DNA of 64,000 nt, taken from assembly GCA_030248215.1 (NCBI GenBank), contig JASANG010001107.1, positions 496,001-560,000 on the forward strand, read 5' to 3'. The stretch's first letter is position 1. Each line of letters opens with the position of its first letter. Shown in pieces: positions 25,661 to 38,304 of this stretch. Made by a program: the position numbers and the translations under genes. The notes below the pieces were generated by a model. It saw nothing but the letters and a program-made list of their open reading frames with translations, was not told the DNA's origin and ran no database searches. This DNA comes from Enoplolaimus lenunculus. Taxonomy: Eukaryota.

Positions 25661-28600
25661 GAAAATTAGTATATATAAATCAAGTATATATATCTCGCAA
25701 TTTTTTACTGTCCAGGTATGATGCGTGCGTTCGAAATGAAGTAAAAATTACGAAATTCATTTAAAAGCTTAAAGTTTTCCGTGCTTCAGTCATTTTTTCT
25801 TTAAAATTTTAGAAAGCCCGGTGAATGTTTGCATGTGTCCTTAATTGTAATGACAGAAAACTAAAGCATCCATTTCCGTTATTTCGATCGCTATCGGTTT
25901 CGTTATTTTTACTATTCGCTTCACGCCCTGCCGTTCCACAATTAGTAGCTTTTTGAGCATTAATAGCTTTGAATACCATAGACGATATTAATTGTAATAG
26001 CGTATATTTATTAACCTTCAATATGATTCTTTAAATATGATCGGTTTATAAGTGCGATTGCTTTTGTTATGGTTTAAACGTTTAATTGATGATGAACGTG
26101 CATTGCTATTGGGTCGATGGAAACATAAAAACGTTGCAGGTTACCAGTAGGTGGTGCATAATGTCAATATAGTTTGACGGACAAAGTTCTTGTTCAAACA
26201 GCAGATATTATGCACTTATCTACTGTAACGATGTAAGGTATCGCGGCGTTATACATATACCAAAGACAAAAGTATCGTCAACACGATTGATTATGCCGCT
26301 AATTACAAGAGCCTAGAAGTGGCAACAAACACTTGCTTCCAGATGACCGAATCTGCTTCTTCAACGAGTGCTTTAACCCTATAACGCCACTTTTACAGTT
26401 TTTACAACTTGATTTATTATTAAACTTATGTTTGGTTTCGAATTGTTAGAAAAATTTGTCAACTTAATTATCTTATTTGCGGTTAAAACTGCATCGCTTG
26501 TTGCCTTAGTGTGTTTCTTACATAATAAACGCTACATATATATGTATATGTTATAGATGGGTACCGGATATTCGGATATGAAAAACATCCGGATATGTGT
26601 TCGAAAAGAAACGTGTATCCTGATATCCGCTGGATATTCAAAATGCTGTTGTGTAAAAATTTTTTGGAATAATTTGCATTGCGGCAAAACCTAAACAGCT
26701 TCAGTTTAGCTTGATAATTATCGGAATATGACTTCGTATTTTTAAATTATCTGAAAAAATTAGCCCAGTGAAAAAATTGCATCGAATACGCGCTGTCAAG
26801 TACTAAATACATTACATTTGCAAGAAACAAACTCTACTTAATATATACATATACCAAGTCGCGTTTCGAGATTGCAGACTGGGCGTCATTTTCAATTCTG
26901 GGGTTGGGAGGCGACAACTCCATCCTGCTTAGTGTCCTGTCAAAATGGGGAATGTTCAAGGAAGCCGCAGCCTCCTCCCTGCGAGAGAAAAACCTAAAAT
27001 TGATTCAAAAAGTTTGGCTATTACAGAAAAAGTATCGTCCTACATCTGTGTCGTGAAATTAATAGTAAATTAGATTCGCTAAACCAGTCATCAAACGCAA
27101 TAAATGACGCAATTCAACTCAGCGCGTCGCTTTTACATTAAAAATATAGATTTCTGAACTATTGAAAATACAGTTTTGGTTCCGCTGTACCCTATATAAG
27201 ATCACGAAGAGTGAAAGTATATTATATCTTTAAGTCTTAAAAAATCAAAATTTAATTGAAATTATCAAGGGAGGTTTATGACGAGCCAAATCTGCATTTT
27301 GTACCGATATTTATTAAAACTAGAAGGGTCCTGAAGATATGAACAAATATTACTTTTAGTAATGTAAAAACCAAAATATATTCTTAAGTTTAAGCCTCCT
27401 CAGCGTAAAAAACACAAGTCTAAAACAAAACTTAAGCCTAAGCTCAAGCAAAAAACATAAGTCTAAAATTTCGTCAGAAATGCTTTTGTAATAAAATGGG
27501 AATGTGTTTACAATTTTTCCCTTCAGAGAGTTTTTGCGATAAAATGATAAGGACCTCCTAGCTTACAGTTTTCCGCCTCACGAATTTTTCTGTAAAAATT
27601 ATATATGATACGGTCCCTACATTACAATTTTTCCAATCAAATATTTTTTTGCGAAAAATTGCGTTTCAAAACATTTACAAGCTGGACCCCCGTCTGAAAT
27701 TTCTGGATCCGCCGATAAAAGGAGGACACCACTAAAAGTAACATGGGCTGATGTTTGTGCGAATTGGATGAAATTCATAATTTTTATTTCGTTTCGAACA
27801 TTGCAGCATATCTGCAACAAATATTTATTGCGTGATATATACATAATTTATAACTAATTTTGAACATAAAAATAATAGAATTTCCGTTGGAAAACCACAT
27901 ATATCGATGACAAAAGTTACTCTAGGGTCGTAACAGAATATATCTCAGCATATTTTTATTATTCCTAAGGCTAAGCCTAAACGTCAGCGTACAAATTGGT
28001 CTATAACTAAGCCTAAGCGTAAGCGAAAATAATACCCTTAATCCGAGCCAGGGATGGGTGGAGACCGGCCATGAAATGCCTCGGTCTCGGTCAACTTTTG
28101 GTCATCATCACCGAATATAATAAGACATAATAAATTATTTCTAATGCTGTTTACGTAGTATTTGTGTGTTGTCAGAATATCTGCTAATAACGATTGCGTA
28201 GCTATGAAAATTATTAGATTCATAGAGAAATTTTTTTCATCAGGCATTATTACTTGCTTCACCATTATAAACTTCTGCTTTTTACTGGACAACCAGCATT
28301 TGCTGAATCCTCGACTTCAAATGTCGGTTTCAAACCACCGAGACTCAAGAAACCGACACCTGCAAACGTAACACGGGCCCTCTGTTTTATAGTACGTACA
28401 GAAAACTGGATGCCCTTAAAAGGAACATGGGCCAAACAAAAGTTTTTTGTTATTGGCAACATTTTGAAAAGCACAATTCTAAGTTGCTTGAGTCATGTAT
28501 ACATACATACAACAGGGGAGCATTTCCAGTTCGAACCATTTTGCAAAAACCTAACAGAAGGTACCGCAATAAGCTTCTGATCGAGACAGACTCGGGTATA

Positions 28601-30039
28601 AAATCGGCACAAATAAATAAGAAACAAGAGCAGTAGTTTACTGAGGATAAATCAGAATATTGCGTAATAAAGCAAAATACAATACAGATAAAATAAGCGA
28701 CAAGACAGCACAAAGTATGAAAAGAATTTCTTGAACAAAACATTGCATTTCTTTCATCCAAGAACAAGGACGTAACGAGTAGTAAAAATAACGAAAACTG
28801 ATAGCAATGAAAATAACGGAAATGGAAACGAATGTTGACGTACAAAAGTTTAAACCATATTTCATTTTTCTGCCACAACTATAGAGGCTTGTAAATATTC
28901 CCAGAACATTGAAATTTTAAAGTAAAACCAGTGGATGAACCTAAAATCGTTACAAATTTAGATGAATTTCATCATTCTTATTTCAAATGCAGCAATTGTT
29001 GCAACATATCTGTACTGAAAAATTGAAAAACTTATAAGTGATTTACAAAGTCTACAAATATCAGAATTTCTATAACGGAAACGAAGCGGACAGCGATGTT
29101 TAAAGAAAACGGATAACCAGTTACACCGTGCAAAGTACACTAATCAATTGCAAACTAGTACCACATATTTGGCAACTGTCAATAATAAGACTATTAGCTC
29201 GAAAACAAAATTTTAAATCTAAATCCAAAGGTCGCTAAGGGCCACAGTAGTAGCAAACGCTCGATTGCGTGTCGTGTTTCACCAGGGGCCATGCTTAAAC
29301 CTTTTCTGTATGCCGTCCAACAACATTTCTATAAGATTGTTTATAAAATGTAACTGCTAACGCGAAGTGTTGGTAATTTGTTAACCAAAATAATAAAATT
29401 GCACAAAATTCGAAACAACAAAGAGGTTGAATTTGTACAAAAGACTCTCTCTAAAGCACCGCAATTAATTTAAAATTTCGCAGGAAACTAATGTAAATTA
29501 TACGAAAAAAATAAAATTTATCTAAATTTTGGCATGAATTATCTGTTGTGCTTATTCAGCCTTTTTTTGTGCAATTTTATTTTTTACATATTCAGCGGCG
29601 ACGTCGCTGTTAATCGTTTTATTAAAATTCATACCTTACAAAAGGCACTAGATGCCCACAGTAATTGCAACTGCAGCAAAATAATATATAAACAGTTGCA
29701 GCCAAATCGACCAAAGCCCACATCCAGAGATTTAATAGAAAGCGAAAAGCACGATGATTTATGGACGGTGCTTGAAAATTTACGCGACGGAAAACTTTGG
29801 CGACGCTGTAGAAAAATGTTTGCGCTACACCACGAGGCCAGTACGTCGCCAGAAGAGGTGGCGCCTCATCATTTTGCTTAGTCCCGGAAGCATTTACGTA
29901 GGCCAAAGTTTACGCGTTAACCTTAAATGTACGGGAAGTAAGAGTTTCATAGTAATAGCCTGCGATTCAAATTAAATGTAAATTTTAATTTTGCTAAAAT
30001 CCGTCCTTAGAAACTAACACAATGCCGCTCAAATTGCAC

Positions 30040-30045
30040 TTTATT
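30040..30045 (-). terminator. Putative polyadenylation signal AATAAA of MARVEL gene 1
   Basis: About 40 nt downstream of the stop codon. Confidence 0.5.
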
Positions 30046-30083
30046 CAAGACTTCATTAACCATCAACCAACGGATGTTCCATT

Positions 30084-30221
30084 TTATGGTACAGCATGAA
30101 CGGTCGGAGCTGTGGTACCGGTTGATCTGCCACCACGAGTTGCTTGACGTTCAGACAAAAACAAACGGAAAAACAGGAATGCGATTGCCGCGTGTGCTAT
30201 TGCAGCCAGCCAACAGAAAAA
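30084..30221 (-). CDS. MARVEL protein 1, exon 4 (terminal): FFCWLAAIAHAAIAFLFFRLFLSERQATRGGRSTGTTAPTVHAVP*
   Basis: Acceptor ttttttag; 138 nt; TAA at 30086-30084; AATAAA follows at 30045-30040. Confidence 0.88.
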   Translation of the reverse strand, partial: FFCWLAAIAHAAIAFLFFRLFLSERQATRGGRSTGTTAPTVHAVP

Positions 30222-31831
30222 CTAAAAAAACTTTATAAAAGGTTTCAACTGAAAACCAGGTCCGAAACCAGGAATTGTTAATAGACAGGGAGAAGAAGAT
30301 TTCTAGAACGGTCAACGAAAATGTTTCTTACTTAATGCGTTTGAATAAGATATTTGCCCGCGATTAAACTGAATAATCAGGTTGGGAATAATGATATTAT
30401 CGATAAACACCCCTTTTTGCCCAAAAGGCGTTCGTTAAAAAATCGTCCGATTTCAAATTAACTGTGAAGACTTTTCCATTCGAATATATTTATTTTAAAA
30501 ATCAAAAATTAATATTTGACATTGTTCGCCAGCTCAGAAAAATTAGGAATAACTGTCGGATAGAATAAAATTAGCTTCAACAGCCTCGATTCATCGAACT
30601 GCATCGAACGGTTTAAAAAAATTCAAATTTCTTCCAAAATCATTTTGTCTGTATTATTAGAGATACCTTGTAACTTGTATATCAAAATTTTAAATTATTC
30701 AAAAACTCGCATTTGGGAGCCAAATGACCAAGGAAGGTCATGCGAGCGGAGCTGTTATAACGTTTTGATACCGAGAAACTTGTGCTTTCCGCTTATAAGT
30801 CAGGGTAAATGCATAGAAGTGGGCCGTAACAGAGTATAAGCATATTACTAAGCCTAAGCTTAAACCAAAGCTTCAGAGTACGAATAGACATATCCCTAAG
30901 CCTAAGCAAAAAATTAGTCTAAAGCTTAAGCTTAACTAACGCGAGAAATGGTTCGACCTTCATCCTCGTCTATGCGTGGGCCCAAGTCAATGTCATTTTG
31001 AGTGGCAGTAATTTTATAATTCGTAGCAAAAATGTTATAATCGCCGTCATCACGACACAGTCACATAGCCTTGATTACCTTTCCCTACCGACTAAAGAGC
31101 CATGCTCTGTCGAGAACCTTACTAGAATTACCCAATTTAGCGATCTTTTCAGAAACTTAGACTTGATTGTTTGATACGTATGGACGCCAATTCAAAGGCT
31201 GGCGAGGGTCTCTCATACCCCCACTTTTTGAGCATAAAACTTGATTGACGTTTTTGACCAGGCCACTTTTGAATGAACCAAAAACTTGACAGGATTATTA
31301 GTACCCAAAACGTCTGACATGCTCATTGCCCGATATAAACCTGTGTATCACAGTTCTCCGTGGCAAGTTTACATGAAAAATTAAATTTGCACCTGATAAT
31401 TTTCTGTTAAGGTGTAGTCAAAATTGAGCAAAATGCAAACACTGTTTTCATATATTTCATTTTTCACTTTTAAGCTTTAATCATGGTTAATAGCTTTGTA
31501 TTTGTCGGCTTTAACAAACTGCGGCGTGATCAGCCATCGCTTCGTGGAAAGTGTAAACATGTCTAAATTACTGATTTGAGCCCTCACTTTCGAGAACAGA
31601 TTGGCACCCATGATGATACGGAGACAATTATGACCCAAAGGAGAAATCGAAATGTGTTGCGGCGACATCGTAGGTTATGGCAGGAATACTACCTGCTAAA
31701 ACAAGCTGTGTAAGTTGCTTATGATCAGGCCTGAAATTTTACTAGGGGAAATCAAAATTTCTGTTCGAAGGCTGAACCCCCCCCCCCCTGCAACCCATCT
31801 TGCTACAAGCCCAAACAATGCCGCAACGTAC

Positions 31832-31993
31832 TACTCCAGCTCCATACGCAGCGTGCGTAGAACCGCACCATGTTGGCCGATAAACGGTGCCGAGCAAAAC
31901 AAACGCACAATTATTAGCACGAACTGCCAGCGAGATCAACACACAGCCGGATATGAAATAAAATATCGCCCATATCGCTTGAATGCCAAGTTC
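31832..31993 (-). CDS. MARVEL protein 1, exon 3: ELGIQAIWAIFYFISGCVLISLAVRANNCAFVLLGTVYRPTWCGSTHAAYGAGV
   Basis: Acceptor ttttgttag, donor gtacgt; 162 nt, phase 0/0; encodes TM3 and the loop. Confidence 0.88.
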
Positions 31994-32152
31994 CTAACAA
32001 AATTAAATACAGCTATAATAATCAGAAGCGTATCCAAGAGAAGGGATACAGAGGAAATATCTTTTTTCAAATTTTCAGCAGGAATAGATAAAAACAACTT
32101 AAAGCTTTAACATGGTTCCTAGAAGTAAAAAAACTTTGTTTTACACTTGGTA

Positions 32153-32327
32153 CAGCTGGCGGATCCAGAAAGCTTCGTTGGGCAGGCCGCGCAATATATC
32201 AGAGATAAAAGGTCGCGAGCGAGAAACCAAACGCAAGTTTCGTTCTGAATTTTATCATTAAATTTTGGTTTTAATCTCTGTTAGGGAGATGCCTTAACCT
32301 GGCTGTCCCTCCTTGGATCCGATAGTG
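32153..32327. mobile_element. MITE family C (CAGTGGCGGATCCAG-type ends) in intron 2; related copies or ends near 20860, 27700, 37838, 38925, 47724-47895, 50990, 52485, 55100, 56925 and 61066
   Basis: Recurrent terminus TCAGAAATTTCTGGATCCGCC(A/G)CTG and a shared body containing AAATTGCGTTT. Confidence 0.65.
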
Positions 32328-32750
32328 CAATTTGAATATACATCTTTAAACTGGCAGCAGACGCTAACATAAATTTAATACAACCGTTCTGCCGAAATTT
32401 CTGCCTGGATTCTAGAGATTGGAAAATTTTTTACATCTGAATATATCCTGGACTGAAATCCGGGATGCGCCCCTGGTTAAAAATAAAATTCATGCATCCA
32501 ATTGTCATCAATATTCATAGGTTTCGGACACTGTTGGGCAACAAGTTATCGGGCGACGAATTGTGGTACATTCAACCAAAAAGTTCTGAAATTGACGGTT
32601 ATGTTCAGTAAAAAATTCCAACGGGGGGCTTCTTGTGTAATAAAGGAAAAGTTAAAAAAACTCGGAACAGAAATGACTAAGGGTTTGACTCCTAAATCCT
32701 CATAGCTACCTACACCCTTGATTGAACTCCATAATGGGAGTTAAACATAC

Positions 32751-32921
32751 TATCAACACCCATGGCAAATTTGGCAAACCAGTTCGAGGCAGACTGAGCA
32801 GGTACAGAACGATAAATGTGATCGAAATCAAAAATCCAAACACTGACACGAACCAAACCCAACCAACACCGTCGAGTTGAACCGCGGACCCGATGCAAAT
32901 CCAAACGATGATTGCAAGAAC
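32751..32921 (-). CDS. MARVEL protein 1, exon 2: VLAIIVWICIGSAVQLDGVGWVWFVSVFGFLISITFIVLYLLSLPRTGLPNLPWVLI
   Basis: Acceptor attcag, donor gtatgt; 171 nt, phase 0/0; encodes TM1-TM2. Confidence 0.92.
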
Positions 32922-33635
32922 CTGAATATGCAAACGAATACGTTGTGCGCCACCTGATTCAAGATGCTGTATGGTGAAACTCGCTGAAATCAGTTCACTT
33001 TCTTGTCTTAGACTGCAAATAAAATTTTGCTCTGGTTAAACCAGAGCAGGACTTTGCCAGCGGAATAATGCTGAACGGTTAAAACATTTCAGTTGCGGGC
33101 ATACTCGCGGGTAAAGATTTGTATCACGCAGGTCAAAATTGACAATGTTAATCCGAGCGAAACTTTTCTGATATTGTTCGTTTCACTTCTGGTCAGTTGC
33201 CATGCAGTGCTATTCCGGAGCTTTATTTAGATTGGCTTGTTTTGAAATTTTGTTGTTTCTAGTAATATTTCATGTGTAAAATTTATTGGCGCTATACCGC
33301 AAACCTTCATTAAAGTGCAAACCGTAACCGATGTTTAAATTACTCGATTAACTTAAGCGCAGGTAAAGGGGGTGTCAGGGTAAAAAATCTTTACCCGCAT
33401 ACCCCGCTGGGTTAAACAAACAAATAAAAAATTTGAATTTGAAAAAAACAATCGAATTTGAAAAATGAATCATTTTGCTATAAAATACCTGGGTGATTAA
33501 GTTTTAGCGACGGTGAATTGGCCACACGGCGCATTGGGCAAATACCCGGACTGCCGGATAGAATTTGGGCAACTCAATGCAGAAATGGAATAGTGGGCAG
33601 TAATTTACAGCTACCAATAAAATAATATCGCTTAC

Positions 33636-33827
33636 CACACAAGCAACTCGCAATATGAAATGTATTGTTTTAATGACATTTGTATCGATTTCAATTTTAG
33701 GAAAACCAGCTGGTGCTACAAAGCCAGCGCCGCCAACGGTTGTTCGCGTTTCAGTGCTTGTCACAGTCACAGAACCTTGTTGTGTATCACTGTGATCAGG
33801 TTTATTTGCCAATACCGCATCCCCCAT
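33636..33827 (-). CDS. MARVEL protein 1, exon 1: MGDAVLANKP...IKTIHFILRVACV
   Basis: ATG at 33827, donor gtaagc at 33635; 192 nt; T/S-rich N-tail and the D...IKT....LR motif that precedes MARVEL TM1. Confidence 0.88.
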
Positions 33828-33935
33828 AGCAAAATAATTACAAATTAACTATTTACACAGCGCTTAAATAGTATTTTCACTGGCTAACATTTAAATCAAC
33901 TGAAATATGTACACATTTATATAGCTGCTAACTAC

Positions 33936-34143
33936 GAATTTATGACAATTCGTCATCGCCAGACAACTTGTCGCCCAACAGTGTCCTAAAGCCTATGAAT
34001 AAACCTAAGCATAATTTATGCGTAATCGTAACCATACTCCTAAGCTTAAGCAAAGTGATGGGCGAAGAAAAGTTGAGTCAACGAAATTTCAGAGTACAAG
34101 TTGTCGGTCAGTGAGTTGTCAGGCGATGAATTGTCATGATGCC
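33936..34143. mobile_element. MITE family D (ATGACAATT...AATTGTCAT TIRs) with degenerate CCTAAG hexamers and an 8-9-bp TSD
   Basis: CTAACTAC at 33928-33935 and 34145-34152; related copies at 50097-50263, about 9045-9180, about 32500-32570 and about 49890-49970. Confidence 0.8.
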
Positions 34144-36635
34144 TCTAACTACATGTTGCTAGGTATTTTTTTACACGTTTTTGATGCAGTTTTCGAAATT
34201 TGCACTTTTTGCATATGCAACGTAGTTTTAAGATAGGACTTAGGTTTAGGCATAGGCCAATTTTGTGGACGAAAGTGTACAAGTGCTCGTGATAAGATAT
34301 ATTTAAAATGCGGATATTTTTTAACAAGGGACGTTGGTAGAACTTGACTCAAACGAGAGGAGTAGGATAAAAATGATAACATACGCGTGACAAATTAGTA
34401 AATTGTTAATACGCGGGAAATTTTTGTAAAAGAATTCTTTTTACGCTGTAGAAAAATTTTTGGGCTACGGGACGCTTACTTGTCTGTTGGGTAGGCGCCC
34501 CGCCCCTGAGTACCCGTAGATGGGGTCTTAAAACTCTTTGCTGTCGCGAAATCATCTGAGAATATGGCACAAACACACCGAATCATAAAACGAAAATATC
34601 CAATGAGTTATATCATATACGTACCTAAATGCAGGAAAGTCCGCAGAAAATTATGTAGAGCGGGCACCGAATAATTTTGGGCGCCTCTAGACTTGCAACT
34701 CAAGATTGTTTACTTTTAGACCGAGTCAATTTGGAGGGGGGGCACTAGCCAAATTTTGGGCGCACGGCCCCCAATGCCCCCGTAGACACGCCCGTGCCTA
34801 AATGACTTACAACTTCTCAGTCTAAGGTCCAAAATTTATCGGGGCGCCAACGGGCGCGTTTTAGTATCAATGATTGATCTTTAACGTTTCATCCACATTA
34901 GACAAATGCATGCCACACCGCCACCCTGATGTCATGGCTACGTTGGCAGGGGCTCATTTCTCTCTGGCCTCTATGAAAGTTTGCCCGCCCCCTCGTGGAA
35001 AGGTATAAAACAACTCGCTTTTAAGTCATCCGAAACTCTTGTATGCTCTTTCTAAAAAAGTTATAGCCCCCCATAACAAGGTGATTTGGCTACGGGCCTT
35101 CAATTACTGTATTCAATTAAGAAATTAGAAAGACATCAACCTTGCTTTTAAGTCATCAAAAACTCTTCTACGCTCGTCCTAAAAAGCTTTAGGTTCCTAG
35201 CAAAGTGATCTGGCTATGGGTCTTCAATGACTGTATTCAATGAAGAAGTTACACTGATTTGCAATTTTAATAAAAACAAGCCAATGCCAAAAATTTACGT
35301 TTGTGCTCTTTAGGCATCAGGGGTGTATACACGGTTATACCCTCTCGAAACAAAATCTAGGTTGCACCTTTGTTAGTCATCCCCGTTCGTGATCGGCAAA
35401 CGTATATGGAGCAGCCTTACTCAAAAAACCTAAATCGCGTAATATGACCGCTTTGACCAATAAATAAGAAAAACATAATTGAAGCAGAAGCTTGTGTGCA
35501 TAAACAAGTTAAATTGCAGTTGCAATCATTATGACTTATGAGTGGAAGTTTGCATGCCTTAGTGGTAGTGAATGCTTCTTACTTGTTATATTGATGAGTC
35601 GGAGTGTATGTATCTTGCTAAACCTGAACAAATATTTTTAGCATAGACATAAAATAGTAATGTCATTACTCTAGAGATTACGCTGGCTTATTCATGTTAA
35701 GCTGATAAGGGTCGGAATCGTTTCATGTTTATTATAAAATTATTAAGCACAAACTAGGTGTGTTAAATCGGCCCCCATCAATTTGAGGTCGCCCAGGGCA
35801 AACGCCTTAGTTGCAGGCCGCCAACTACGAGGCGGAGTGGAAGTATTTCTCCTGCAAAATGATTCGGCCGCACTGGCCGTAAATTTGTTCAATTGCATTA
35901 CAAGAAATGTATGTCAGGAAAATGGTGTTTGGAAAATCTGGAAATCGTCTTTTCCTATCTAAATCTGAAACCCCGTCAGAGTTTTTTGTGTTAAAATGAT
36001 AAGGTCCCTACATTACAATTTTTCGCCCTCGGAAAATTTTTTTATGATACAATGATAAGATCCCTACCTTACAATATTTGTGTTTCATAACATTTGCCAG
36101 CCCGCTCTACCCGCCAAAAATTTTCGGATCCGCGCCTCTGGGTAGGGAGCAGTAAGAGTAACAATGATTATGCATATGTGTACTCTAAGTTTTTGCACGA
36201 AATGCTGAAAGTTTTCAGTTGTGTCAGCCCTCAATTGACGAATCCTCATGAGTGAAGCGAGCAAGAAGCCACACGTATTTATTTTGATTAAATCACTTAG
36301 AAAACTTTCAATTGTGGTATCCCCTATACTTTGTCCCCAATTGATGTTTGGAGGGTGCTACGGCCGGCACTTCATATAGCTTGCAAATAAAAATGTTATC
36401 TTCTGCACACTTTGCCACGCATTTACGATTAAGGAAAGGTCAAAGGCTTAACCAAGGTGTTAGCGTAAAGGCATACCATTTACTACGTTCCTATTAGCCT
36501 AAGCTTAAATGTGATGGAAGTGTACAAGGGCCAAAATGTCTCATACGCGCACGTTATGATGCTGCTGCACAATAAAATGTCACAAGGTGCCACAGAAAAT
36601 GCCATAACCTAAGGTTAACACCCGAAAATTTTAAA

Positions 36636-36771
36636 AAAATTTCGAGTGTTAACGCCTTTAGGCTGTCCAAAAATTCGAGTGTTAACGCCTTTAGGCTGTC
36701 CAAAAATTCGAGTGATAACGCCTTTAGGCTGTCCAAAAATTCGAGTGTTAACGCCTTGGGCTATCAAAAAA
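36636..36771. repeat. 33-bp minisatellite, about 4 copies (TTCGAGTGTTAACGCCTTTAGGCTGTCCAAAAA)
   Basis: Direct tandem copies; produces the 11-aa periodicity in ORFs 36646-36900 and 36554-36736. Confidence 0.95.
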
Positions 36772-37933
36772 CTTGCATATAAAATACCTCACGACATCGT
36801 TGTATATATAGCAACACAGATACAGTCATGCATCCGATCGTTGAGCCATTGTTCATTCACTATATACGCATATAGCGAGAATACATCAAAAGTTTTTTGA
36901 AACACGATATAAAAGGAAACACAAACATGTATAATATGCATTTTTTGTGGACAAATACGAAATTGTGGCATTATTGTGGTAATCGAGGTCGACAGAATAT
37001 CGACCTGGGGGGGAATGCAAGCGGGTTCTATCGAAAAACATACCCAATGAAATGTTTGTCGAAAACAATGCATAATTTTTACTCTATATACGTACCTGCC
37101 TATATTAAAATTATTTCAGGAACCCAGGACACTGCAGCAGCTACGCTGCACTTCTTGCGTATGTTAATATTCAACTCAGCAACAAAACCAGCTTTGGCTA
37201 GGTAAAGCATATTGAAAAGCGTTAACCATAATCGCACTCTTCAGGGGTGGTGATATGAAGATGCTAACGGGGGGGCGCATGCCTCATTTGTGTCTTGGGT
37301 TATCACATTAGCCAGCGTTTGCCCAAAGATGGTTGAATTTCAAAAATTTTTTGCATATTTGAGCTTCTCATAACTTGCACTGGTCATTCCACGCCCAAAT
37401 TTGCATTTTTGAAAAATTTATTTTTAAGGTTTCTAGGTCCCCGGAAAAATTTTTATTAAAAAGTTAGACAAATTATATACTTACTACTCGATGCAGCTTG
37501 TGAAGCTGAGTCCAACTGTGATGCGTAGTTATAATGCCTGAAACGCAAATGTTTCCAACACTTTTTACAACACCGACCGAAACTTACAAATTAGGCAAAA
37601 AATTTTCGTCGGCTCGGGCCAATGGGGCGCGCGCGCTCTATTGTTCCCCTTCTTATCACCGACCTTGCGCTATGCCGAGTGCAACCAAAACCCAAATTTT
37701 AAGAGTCGTACGTGACAAGCATACGTACTAAGCTAAAAGTGAAAAAAATTGAAGCATTTCAAGTGGATATGCCAAGCTAAAGAATAAATACATTCATTGA
37801 CTTATGTATTGAATTACTTGTACACTGTACGGCGGCCGCAGTGACGAATCCAGAAATTTCTGAGGAGAAACCGTGCGATTAGTGAAAAAAGCTCGCGAAT
37901 GAAGCGTGTAAGAAGCCACACGCAATTGTAGTA

Positions 37934-38304
37934 TGGTAGTGACCCGAATAAGGGGGGACATAAGAGTAATGGTCCCCATGTTGAGTCGTATCAAAACGAG
38001 TCCATGTCCCTAATTAGAGTATATAAAAGAGAGCAAAGCAGAAGAATGCGATAGACCAGACGGCTAAAATATGTAACTGACAACGTTTATTAAATAAAGA
38101 AAATGATTTACGGATGGCAATGAACGAAAATGCTTCGAAGCAACTCAGTTCTGCTCAAAAGAAAGCGTATAAAGATGAAGGGTATTGGGCCAAACCGCCA
38201 TGAGAAGAATTTAAAATAACTAGCAATCTGTAACTGAATAACAAAGGAACCCCTCTAAACATGCAAAATAAATATCAGACCCCCTCTTATTCGGGTCGCT
38301 ACTG
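37934..38304. mobile_element. MITE with about 25-bp TIRs (CAGTAGCGACCCGAATAAGAGGGG), possibly Tc1/mariner-pogo type; partial relative near 14160-14273
   Basis: TAGTGACCCGAATAAGGGGGG / CCCCCTCTTATTCGGGTCGCTA; TA precedes the left end. Confidence 0.6.

Larger units (their letters stand above)
30084..33827 (-). other. Complete 4-exon gene, MARVEL-domain (CKLF/CMTM/plasmolipin-like) protein 1, 220 aa; exons 33827-33636, 32921-32751, 31993-31832, 30221-30084
   Basis: Three phase-0 GT-AG introns join into one uninterrupted frame (64+57+54+45 aa) with four hydrophobic helices and MARVEL-typical spacing (LR..C, LPW.L.E, AAYGAGVFF). Confidence 0.9.

Noticed and set aside
28254..28400. Plus-strand ...TRALCFI|gtacgt, resembling a MARVEL exon 1 end (third paralogue)
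   Set aside because: No matching hydrophobic exon 2 was found downstream and there is no clear ATG.
28450..28878. 142-aa Cys/Phe-rich ORF
   Set aside because: It overlaps a repeat shared with about 25860-25930, and its composition reflects T-rich DNA.
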